Shown piece after piece: positions 21,122-30,400 of a DNA stretch of 64,000 nucleotides. The notes below the pieces were generated by a model. It was not told where the DNA came from, ran no database searches, and worked only from the letters and a program-made list of their open reading frames with translations. This DNA is from a virus (taxonomy: Duplodnaviria > Caudoviricetes), in IMG/VR virus record IMGVR_UViG_3300025012_000029, positions 96,001 through 160,000 of that record; one strand, given 5' to 3'. The translations under genes and the position numbers were made by a program. Every line of letters begins with the position of its first letter. Within the stretch, counting starts at the first letter, position 1.

Positions 21122-23815
21122 TTATTGTCCTTGTCCAAAAGATCTTGTAGTCTCTGTCAACCAACTGTTGCGTAATGGATGAGCAGAACCATAATTGGTA
21201 GCGTCTTTAGCGTGTGCTATAATTTCTTCTTCTTTCAAATATTTCATCCATACTCTCAAATTTGAAATCTTCGCATCTGAATAATTCACAACGGAACCTG
21301 TGAAATTAGTGCGATGAGATCCAACAAAAAATCTTTTGGCATTGGTTATAAACGCTATAGCGGCATCATACGTAATAGATCCACTAACGCTAAAACTATT
21401 ATTGATAATATCAACTGTCGTATTGTGTCCAGAAAATTCTACAACAAAGTTATTGGTGGCGCTTCCAGTAACTCCGCCTGCCCATGGATAAGTGGAAGGT
21501 TTAATTCTAACTGTAAATAACCATCTTTGATTATCATAAACATCTCTAAATGTTTCACTGTTTAATTCTGGCAAAACATATCCCGCCGTCCCACTCAACA
21601 TAAAATACGCTTCTTTGGATTCGAGTTGTGGTCGAACAGCATAAACTTGAAAATTAGCATAGTCTGGAAGAAACCATTCTTTACTATCTGACTCTAAACA
21701 TTCTGCCGTATGCGCACCATATATGGAAGCCATTGTGAATGGCGTCTCAAAATACAATTGAGAATCTTTTTCAAATTTCTTTGGAAAGATTGCTTCACAT
21801 TCATATGTTTGTCCGTGATAAACCGTATTTGAAGGAGCAGCAATATATGAACGAGAAGAAGGAGCACTAGATGTATGTTGGTATACTGTTGAATCAAATC
21901 TGTCAACATTGTTAAAATCAACATACTTCTTTTTAGCTGCTACATATCGATAATTGTCTTTCAAATCATAAACTACATTATCGCCATATAAATTAATCTT
22001 AACTAACTCATCATCTATACCAAAACATCTAATGAGATTTCTAAATGATTTTTCTGTTCCCTTTGACTTGTAGATATAAACCAAATTATTGTAAATGTTT
22101 TGATAAATCTTGTTCCTTATATCTGATAGTTTCTCAGAGAATTCTCTAAAATCATCTCGTCCAGCAATAGCTTCAAGTTCTTCAGCTTCTGTAAAAATTT
22201 CTGGCGCAATCATTCCTGCTGACTCTAAAAATCTTGAAACAAAAGGATATGGTTTACTACTACCACTCACATAATTTGGAGTTTTAAGTTTTGGTAATTC
22301 TTGGATTTGTAGGAATAAATTATCTAAGTAACTTGCTAACACTTGTGTCATTTTACGCAATACACGATGTTCTTTTTCTTCATCGCCTGTTGTTATCCAC
22401 TCCGGAAATGAGCCGTAAAGACTAGCGTTGTTTGTTGAATCATGTTCAAATCCTATTTCCTGTTTTTGAAGAATAAGAGCGCCAACATCTGGATGATTAG
22501 AATAAAGAATTGGATCCATAAATTCAAACGCTGCGGCGCCACTTTCTACCATGGCAGAACCTGTATGACGAGAACCCGTGACATATCCAATCCAACGCCC
22601 ATTAGAAACTCTTCCTGAATAATCTAAAACTTTAGTATCAGTGGAATCAACCGAGCCTGTAGAAATTATACCTTCATTAAATTTATAATAGACGCCTAAT
22701 TGCGTATTTGCTTCATCAGTATTTGTTCCAGCGCCTATTTGTGTAAACCAATATCTCCCTATTTGTTTGGCATTTCTTCTATTCTTCCAAAATCTAAACT
22801 CATCTAATGATCCAGATAATTTAGCAAATCCAGACCCACCAGAACCAGAAACTGTGCTAATCAAAGAGCCAACAGAAGCTAACATTGGTCCTCTTACTAG
22901 TCCTATATTGGAACCAGAAATAATAGTATCATTGAGCGTTCCGCTAGCATAAAGTTGTGCTACCATACTACTTCCACTATTAATAACTGAAATAGAAAAT
23001 TGTTGCCACCCAGAACCAGTTATATTGAGCCCATTTCCAATTGGAATAACTCCATATGGTTGACTGACAGATATCCCGGATGAACCAGATTGTAATTCAA
23101 TATAAAATTTTGATTGTTCGCCAGATACTCCAGGATGTATCTCCACTCTGAACCGTCCATAGTCGGCAGTTCCATACGAACCACTATTCCAAACATCAAA
23201 AACAGATTGCTTTGTGGATTCATTTCCTGAAGAGAATCCATTTTTCTTAAGCCAAAATTCAATAGTTACTCCGGTAGAACCATTAATTTCGAGATTTGAT
23301 TCTCTTCTTGAATCTACATTGTAAAAGTTTGAATTTGTGAATGTTTCATATAAAGGTTTTCCAACCATTCCTTCAGAAGCAGAATGAGGACCACCTTTGA
23401 GAAGGATATAACTTCCAGAAGTTGCCGAACTGTATCCATTAGAAGATGATATAATCGTTCCATAGGATACTCCAAAATTGGCATATCCTGTTGTTCTTGG
23501 ATACTCGTGTTCAAAAATATATTTGTCTAAATAAGAAGCAGAAAGTTCCCATTCAACTTTTTCCTTCGAAGAACCATCATATGGGTAATCGTTAAGAATG
23601 TAATTTATGCTATCTTCGTAATATTGCTGGGATAAACCAAAATGCGCAAAATTCTTTGGTTGAGAGTAATCAATATTTGGGACGAACCGATTTTTGTTTT
23701 CTATTTCCCGTCTGACGAAATCAGATGATTCTACTTCTGCACCGACTTCTTCAAAAGAAACTGATGGTAAAACTTTTTCTGAAATCTCGTTATTGAATAA
23801 ATTTTTGAGACTCAT
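21122..23815 (-). CDS. Tail/baseplate protein with LamG (concanavalin A-like) domain
   Basis: 897 aa; GVTIEFWLKK...WQQFSISV...SGSLDEFRFW is LamG-like; IYKSKGTEKSFRNLIRCFG resembles the baseplate wedge KGT motif. Confidence 0.6.
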   Translation of the reverse strand: MSLKNLFNNEISEKVLPSVSFEEVGAEVESSDFVRREIENKNRFVPNIDYSQPKNFAHFGLSQQYYEDSINYILNDYPYDGSSKEKVEWELSASYLDKYIFEHEYPRTTGYANFGVSYGTIISSSNGYSSATSGSYILLKGGPHSASEGMVGKPLYETFTNSNFYNVDSRRESNLEINGSTGVTIEFWLKKNGFSSGNESTKQSVFDVWNSGSYGTADYGRFRVEIHPGVSGEQSKFYIELQSGSSGISVSQPYGVIPIGNGLNITGSGWQQFSISVINSGSSMVAQLYASGTLNDTIISGSNIGLVRGPMLASVGSLISTVSGSGGSGFAKLSGSLDEFRFWKNRRNAKQIGRYWFTQIGAGTNTDEANTQLGVYYKFNEGIISTGSVDSTDTKVLDYSGRVSNGRWIGYVTGSRHTGSAMVESGAAAFEFMDPILYSNHPDVGALILQKQEIGFEHDSTNNASLYGSFPEWITTGDEEKEHRVLRKMTQVLASYLDNLFLQIQELPKLKTPNYVSGSSKPYPFVSRFLESAGMIAPEIFTEAEELEAIAGRDDFREFSEKLSDIRNKIYQNIYNNLVYIYKSKGTEKSFRNLIRCFGIDDELVKINLYGDNVVYDLKDNYRYVAAKKKYVDFNNVDRFDSTVYQHTSSAPSSRSYIAAPSNTVYHGQTYECEAIFPKKFEKDSQLYFETPFTMASIYGAHTAECLESDSKEWFLPDYANFQVYAVRPQLESKEAYFMLSGTAGYVLPELNSETFRDVYDNQRWLFTVRIKPSTYPWAGGVTGSATNNFVVEFSGHNTTVDIINNSFSVSGSITYDAAIAFITNAKRFFVGSHRTNFTGSVVNYSDAKISNLRVWMKYLKEEEIIAHAKDATNYGSAHPLRNSWLTETTRSFGQGQ

Positions 23816-23821
23816 AGCTCT

Positions 23822-25234
23822 TTAATCCACTCGAAATCGAAATATTTCTGGTTGCTCAGCGTAGATTCCATCCTCTAAAAATACAAATCTAAAAGCATAA
23901 GTATAACTTGGTTCGAACATAGACATATCACAATCAAACCACATACCTTTACCATCGTAAGATAATTTCGTGTGAGATGTGGAACTTGTTCCATAATCAA
24001 CTATTGTATGATTATCATTTATTCTCATTACTTTAAAGAAAGAATTTTCAACAATAGTTCCTTGGATATCTGCTGAAGCAATCGATACTAAATTCGGACT
24101 CCAATCACGAGGGCGAATAAACAATCTTATTCTGGCAGTTTCTTTATTCGAATACGATGGCTTCAGATTTGTTATAGATGTTACATATCCACGAGTTTCT
24201 AAATAATGATCCAAAGAATCATATGCTAATGGATTAATAGATCCAGTGTGATACACAATTGAACCGCTAAACCATCGATCATACACGACAGATTTTGTAG
24301 TATTTAATTCAAATGAAGCAGAATATATTCCTGTGGAAACCCAGCCACCAGTTACCGGAGATGGAATAGTATTAACTAAAGTGCCTTCCGAAGCGGAAGT
24401 GTAAACTTGGAGATAAATTGAGCCACTGCTAATTCCAGGTATGTTTTTAAGTTGACCTCCAACATAATTGTAAAGATATACCGTGTGTGTATTGTCAGTT
24501 GTGCTCAATAATGGACTGGTAGTAAAAAATTTATCTCTATCGTCAGTAGTTGATGAATTCCATCTAGCTTCTATAATTGGACGACTAAAAAAGAACTCAC
24601 TTGTTCTGGCCAAAAATCTCTTCGTATAAAAACTTCTATTTGTATTTTCGTGACTTGATGACAGTGCCACTCCAACACCATAATTTGGAATTGTGCCAGC
24701 CAGCCAAGACTCAACAAGAGGAGTAATATTTATCTCCAAATCTTCTAATCCTTCATCGAAGAATTGACTTGAAGTTAACGTATTGAGATAATCCCCCCCA
24801 GCAGTCGTCCATACTGAAGCAGAACTGGCATTGATCCAATTTGCTCCTTCTCCGTTCCTGGTTATATCACTGCCATTTTCATGATCTAGCCCCACTCCTG
24901 CTTGCCAGGAACGAGACACGGGAGAAACAATTAAATTGAATTGCCTTGGCAAAGTTTCTCCATGAGGAGCATTAAACATCTTGAGGTAGAAATCTACGCT
25001 TCCAGAAGATGGAATTTTTCCAGAACTTCTATCAGAAGAAATAGAACTAATTGGAAATTCCAATAATGCCCTTTTTAACTCTGAAGATGAAGAATTTGCT
25101 TGAGCATAAATTGAAAAGATTTCGATTATGTCCGAAGCGCCATAGTTACTTCCCGTCTGCCTTGTTCTCAAATTAGACATAAAGGCATTTGAAATGCTGG
25201 TTGTCTTATTGGATGTATATCTTTTAATTGACAT
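23822..25234 (-). CDS. Putative virion structural protein (DNRLRE-like beta-sandwich)
   Basis: 470 aa; RALLEFPIS, YLKMFN, VSPVSRSWQAG and AGGDY motifs; coupled to the gp6-like gene. Confidence 0.5.
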   Translation of the reverse strand: MSIKRYTSNKTTSISNAFMSNLRTRQTGSNYGASDIIEIFSIYAQANSSSSELKRALLEFPISSISSDRSSGKIPSSGSVDFYLKMFNAPHGETLPRQFNLIVSPVSRSWQAGVGLDHENGSDITRNGEGANWINASSASVWTTAGGDYLNTLTSSQFFDEGLEDLEINITPLVESWLAGTIPNYGVGVALSSSHENTNRSFYTKRFLARTSEFFFSRPIIEARWNSSTTDDRDKFFTTSPLLSTTDNTHTVYLYNYVGGQLKNIPGISSGSIYLQVYTSASEGTLVNTIPSPVTGGWVSTGIYSASFELNTTKSVVYDRWFSGSIVYHTGSINPLAYDSLDHYLETRGYVTSITNLKPSYSNKETARIRLFIRPRDWSPNLVSIASADIQGTIVENSFFKVMRINDNHTIVDYGTSSTSHTKLSYDGKGMWFDCDMSMFEPSYTYAFRFVFLEDGIYAEQPEIFRFRVD

Positions 25235-27039
25235 TATTTTACACTTCCACGCAAATCTTGGTTCGGATATTTAATTTCAAATATAACATTTTGTGGACAA
25301 CTTATAAAGCGTCCATTAGGAGTAATAAGAGAATCAATGTCTATCCTAACATCACTATAATTTCCGCCCTTTTTTTGATATATCCTTACCTTAATCACAT
25401 CAACAACCCCAATGGCTTTTTGTAATCGTTTGTGAATTCTGGTTATAGAAAATGGCTCTCCCACTTCTTCTTTCTTTGAAAATTCATCTCTAAGAACAGA
25501 TATACAATTGTTTAATATATCATATTTATTGATTTCCAAATCCCCTGCTACAACAAAATCAATACCTAAATTAATAATCTTCGCATCCAAAATATCGATT
25601 GTATCGTTAACCATTTTTCCTTGCTGCAGCCATATTTTGAGATTTTCTTTTATTGTTTGATTTGTAGTTATCAATGAACCATCATTATCCTCAGAAATAA
25701 CATACATATTCAAATTTCTTTTAAATGAGTCCGGGTCTTGAATTACATTAACTCTTTTTATTGCTCCAAATTCTGGTGGCATAGCATAAACAAAACTCTT
25801 ATAGTCTAATGACGTAACTGCTCTATTTTGAGACGAGAAATTATCAAAAATTCTCAATTTGAGTTCTTGAACTGTTGGGTTGGTAATGTCTCCAATAATG
25901 GCTTCTTCGTTTGTAATTTCAATTGAATCTATTATTCCTCTAACAACTTCGAGGTTGAGAGAATTCATGTCGGCAAACTCCACAATTGGATTTACGACTT
26001 GTGTAACAGAATTAACTGCCGCATTAACATTATCAGCAGTGTTGACACGATAAGTAACTCTCAAAATAGTATTAGAAGGAGCAATACCTAATTTGTCCGT
26101 TCCAAGAATATTTGTTGGATCAAATGTTACATCCGAGATATAATTCTTTCCATGAATATCTAATACTACTTGTGTAGGATCTATCAGAGGATCGCTGATA
26201 ACATCTCTATCGGAACCAAAACCAAATTGTAGGAAAGTTTTTGTTCTTTCTCTGTCGACCATAAATCTTCTAGGCACAACAAATGGTCTCAATAATGATG
26301 GAGCAGTTGTAGAAGTATCTGCTCTATTCGGAATCGCTTTATAAATGATATCTTGAGAAAGATAATCAACTTCAAAATATTCATTTCCTTCCGAATCTAC
26401 AACAGAAACAACTTCACTTATATCTCGTCCACTCAATTCAAGACGTAAAAATTTCTGAAAATCTCCAACATTTATAACTTCTTCTACCATCCTTCCGGAA
26501 ATAATTTTTCCGTGAGTTTTGACAGCATACGCTGTTGGAAGTCCAGTGCTCTCGTTTACTCTAGCAACAACAACTGAATTTTGTGGATTAGCAAAATCAA
26601 TATCTTCATTCAAAAGAAATCCATTGCCGCCAATGGATGACAATTCAGAACCACGCTTAAGTGTAAAAAGATAAGCCGAATCTGGACCTAGCCCGCCAGC
26701 GTTAGCAGGCACAATGGCAAAAAATGTTCCTATGCCAGTTGATGTTGGATTGCCCCTGAATTTGTATCCCAATTGCTTTCCAAGCTTTAGAACATTATTA
26801 AACTCAATTGCGGTATCTAAAAAAGATTCATTGACAGAATAATCTACATAAAATGATAATTGATCTCCAACATAAGAAACTAAATCCATCATTAGATCGT
26901 CAAAACTCGATTCATTTTGATCTTTTGATATATTAGGATAATATCGTTTCTTGTAATCAAGAAGAGATTCTTTGATGCTTTCAAAATCACGATTAGTATA
27001 TTTCACTAAAGGAAAATTTTTACGTTTTGAGGATGCCAT
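25234..27039 (-). CDS. Baseplate wedge subunit (T4 gp6 / baseplate J-like)
   Basis: YTNRDFESIKESL...LMMDLVSYVGDQLSFYVDYSVNESFLDTA at the N-terminus and SQNRAVTSLDYK in the C-terminal half. Confidence 0.85.
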   Translation of the reverse strand: MASSKRKNFPLVKYTNRDFESIKESLLDYKKRYYPNISKDQNESSFDDLMMDLVSYVGDQLSFYVDYSVNESFLDTAIEFNNVLKLGKQLGYKFRGNPTSTGIGTFFAIVPANAGGLGPDSAYLFTLKRGSELSSIGGNGFLLNEDIDFANPQNSVVVARVNESTGLPTAYAVKTHGKIISGRMVEEVINVGDFQKFLRLELSGRDISEVVSVVDSEGNEYFEVDYLSQDIIYKAIPNRADTSTTAPSLLRPFVVPRRFMVDRERTKTFLQFGFGSDRDVISDPLIDPTQVVLDIHGKNYISDVTFDPTNILGTDKLGIAPSNTILRVTYRVNTADNVNAAVNSVTQVVNPIVEFADMNSLNLEVVRGIIDSIEITNEEAIIGDITNPTVQELKLRIFDNFSSQNRAVTSLDYKSFVYAMPPEFGAIKRVNVIQDPDSFKRNLNMYVISEDNDGSLITTNQTIKENLKIWLQQGKMVNDTIDILDAKIINLGIDFVVAGDLEINKYDILNNCISVLRDEFSKKEEVGEPFSITRIHKRLQKAIGVVDVIKVRIYQKKGGNYSDVRIDIDSLITPNGRFISCPQNVIFEIKYPNQDLRGSVK

Positions 27040-27056
27040 AATTCTAAAATAATTAG

Positions 27057-27464
27057 TTATAGAACAATTATATCATCGTTTTCTCTAGCTAAGTTTATTT
27101 CATCGATAGTGCTCAAAGGAGTAATTCTGTAAATGATTTTGATAGAAAGTAAATTTCTATCTATTAATTCGTTCTCTGATGCTGATTTAAAGTCAACTTT
27201 TAGTATCTCTATATAAGACAAAAACCTCGCAACTTGTTGAATAATAGAAGCTTTTATTTCAGCTCGAAGAAGAGCATTGTCGTTTTGGAATAAATATCGT
27301 TTCATTCCTACGCCAAAATCTGTGATCATCACGCGCTCGCCAGGTATACAGAGAAGAAGATTAATTAGGTTTTGTTTTGCCACTTCTTGATATGTTTTAT
27401 TTAACGCTAAGCCATCGTCTGGATCTAGTGAAAGTGGTAGTTTTGTTGAAATGCCAAATGCCAT
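27057..27464 (-). CDS. gp25/GPW-like baseplate protein
   Basis: KQNLINLLLCIPGERVMITDFGVGMKRYLF is the gp25 signature. Start moved from 27599 to ATG 27464 (AAGGAG Shine-Dalgarno; removes overlap with the upstream gene). Confidence 0.85.
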   Translation of the reverse strand: MAFGISTKLPLSLDPDDGLALNKTYQEVAKQNLINLLLCIPGERVMITDFGVGMKRYLFQNDNALLRAEIKASIIQQVARFLSYIEILKVDFKSASENELIDRNLLSIKIIYRITPLSTIDEINLARENDDIIVL

Positions 27465-27468
27465 GATA

Positions 27469-30400
27469 TTACTCCTTGTTTTCTTCTCCATCATCAATAC
27501 ATTTAGTTGGACCACTGAAAGATTTAAAATCAATTCCAACTTCAGTTCCGATCGCTTCTCTTTTAATATCTTTACCTTTTGCAGAATTAAATATTTCATC
27601 TATATTTAGCGCTAAATAAATGAAGCCAAGAGGGCTGATTGGTGGTCCGATTCCAGGTCCCATTGGTGGAGGTGGAAACACGTTCATTGGAAGCAAACCC
27701 AAAGACGCAGCAAGAATAGGTATGTCTTTATTTCTTGTTTTAGCTGCATCAACAATTTTTCTAGCAATAGAAATATTCGGATCTATCAATTCGACCAAAC
27801 CTTTTAATATTAAAAACGGCGTTCTAATTGCCATGGCAGCCACATTGGTTCCAGGCACTTCTGGATCTGTATTGGCATTATTTAAACCACTCGTATTGAG
27901 TCCTATGTTGCCACCTAACCGATTGACATATTGATCCTCATACCTATAGTTTCCACTATTCAATAAGGCTTGAAACACACTCTTGATGGCAATCTTCGTT
28001 CCATCAAACAATTTCGAAACTTTTTCAATATTAGAAAGATAAGTTATGTTATAAATCGAAAGAAGAGTAAACATCCTATCGATAGGCAAACAATAGTGGA
28101 ATAGGAACTTGTATTCTTCCGACGCTATCAGATCATTCAGAAGTCTATTTGAAACATTATTCCATCTTCGTTCAATATTGATGTTGTTAATGGAGTTTGG
28201 AAGTGTTCGAAGATTTTCTGATGATTCTATACATATGATCGGAAACTGATGGATTTGACGAGACTTTGGAGTTGGCTTTGGCTTTCCAGGAACTCTTTTC
28301 CCATCTGGAGTTAAACTAAAAATTGTTTCTATTTCCATTACTTGTTCTGTTATAGAAAATGATTTATTAATATCAAACTCATTTTTAACCTTAATTGGAT
28401 TGTTGTTATTGCCAATGACGCTAGAGAAAGTCTGCGTAATCCCTGTTTCCTCTGTTTTGTTTTCGAATTCTTGTTCACGATTTAACGGAGGAACATAAGT
28501 CAATCTCAAACCATAGTTCCAACTTTCAAAAATGCTATTTAATCCAGCAACAAAATCAATCGTTTGTGATCCGACGCTATCATAATCAGGTTGTTGATTC
28601 ACAATTATTTCAGGCTCAATTACTTCTTTCAATAAATTATTAAAATCCTCAAAACTCAAAACACCAAATTCTTTGCTTCTAATTTCTGTTTCAAGTTCTG
28701 ATTGGCGCTGGGCACTCAGAATAATACTGGCATCGGAAAGAGTTTGATCGACAGCAATATTCCCTTCTCTTAAGTGTTTGAGTTGTTTTCCTTCCCAAGA
28801 TCCCCATTTTCCGTATGCTGACCTTTGAGCGCGAATTATATTTATTTCATTTTGTTGTCTACTTGCGATTCTTCGAATTAATCTATCTTCTTCATTTTTG
28901 TATGAAACTCTAATGTATCTTTCTAAGACAAAGTTTCCATTACCAAAATTAAACTTAGTTCCAGAGCCAATGAAAGAGCGTCCCTGATTAATATTAGTGG
29001 CAATATCTATTTGTTTTCTTACTTTCTCTTCTCCTTCTACCTTTACCTCTTCGAGAAATTGAAAGGATCTTCCTTCTCCACTAAACGTTTTTCTTTCAGT
29101 TGTAGCAAATCTTGCTTTCAAAATAGGACTGTCTTCGGCAAATGTTGGTGACGCAACAAAAGACGTTGGAGCATCAAACAAAGGAATATAATGTTTAGCT
29201 AATATCTCATCTAAATCAAGTTGATTGCTTCCATCTCGTTTTTTAACAAGAGCAAATAAATCCTTTACAACATCTTCAATCTCAGTTTTAATGAAAAATT
29301 CAGCAGCTATGGAAAAGTCATTTGTTTTCTGTTTTTCAAATGAATTGTATGACAGCAGTGTCTGTTCGGTAAACTCATTTTGAAAATTTGTATCACCTGT
29401 TATCTGTCCAACATTTTTGAGTTCTCTCAAAACTCTATCAGAAATAAATTTAATAATAGAATTGTCAACATCTCCAAAAGTATCAATTCTGAATTCTGAA
29501 AATACAAATATAGAACGAAGAATATTTTCAATCACGATTAGTCGAATGAATGTTCTAATGGCACCATCAATTCCTTCTCGCTCCATAGAATTTGGAGTTG
29601 ATTTACCCAATCCATCTACTATTGGAAATAAATCTTCTTCACAAGCAGAATCAGTAATCGCTTTTTTCATCTTCTTCTTAATTTTTTCCAAATCCAACAA
29701 ATGAGGATGGCATTGTCCAGGAATTGGATCAGGAGTAAAATCAACCAAAGATAAAACTTTCAAATTAAACAATGGAGATTTAGCAACTTGATTTGAAAAA
29801 GCTGCAAATGTATCAATAAATAAATTTTGATGAACAGATGTTTTAAATTTATCACGAAGAATTGTATCAATAGAAACTGTATTACTTGGAGATGAAATAC
29901 CTCTGGCATATGTTGGTGGCACAATATATGTTCCATTTCTATAAATTGGAGCGCCTTCTTTCCATATTTTAGCTAAAAATGAACCAAAATATGCTTGAGG
30001 AAAAGGAGTAGCAGTAAGTCCAAATGTGTTAGATGGATCTCTCTCTAAGCGTCTTGTTTGAATAAAGTTCAATATATTTTGTCTTATTGGATCTTCTCCA
30101 ACAATTGGAGGTTCATCAGAAATAATATTATGAGTGTTTGCGTTTCTTTTATCAATTTTAATCGAATATTGATCAACATCTTCTCTAGCTACATGCCCAG
30201 GCAAATAATTTATAAAATAAGAACTTACTTGAGTTTGTTCAGCTTGTTGTTGTATCGTTTCTATGGCAGCACGAATTGTTTCATCTTGTATATTTGACGC
30301 ATTAAAATTTGGATCTGAAACATTAGATAACAAAGCTTTGGAGTCAACTTGATTGGGAATAACTAAGGACACAACTCCATTAGTGTCAACATTAAACAAG

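Noticed and set aside
21101-21124. Stop-codon readthrough or a spliceosomal-like donor site (CAGTAAGGTAAATAAG) joining the two giant ORFs
   Set aside because: There are three in-frame TAA codons. The context is prokaryotic-phage, and AAGGT is adequately explained as a ribosome-binding site for the TTG start.
27465-27599. N-terminal extension of the gp25-like ORF in the track
   Set aside because: It overlaps the end of the 1965-aa gene; ATG 27464 has a strong AAGGAG site.
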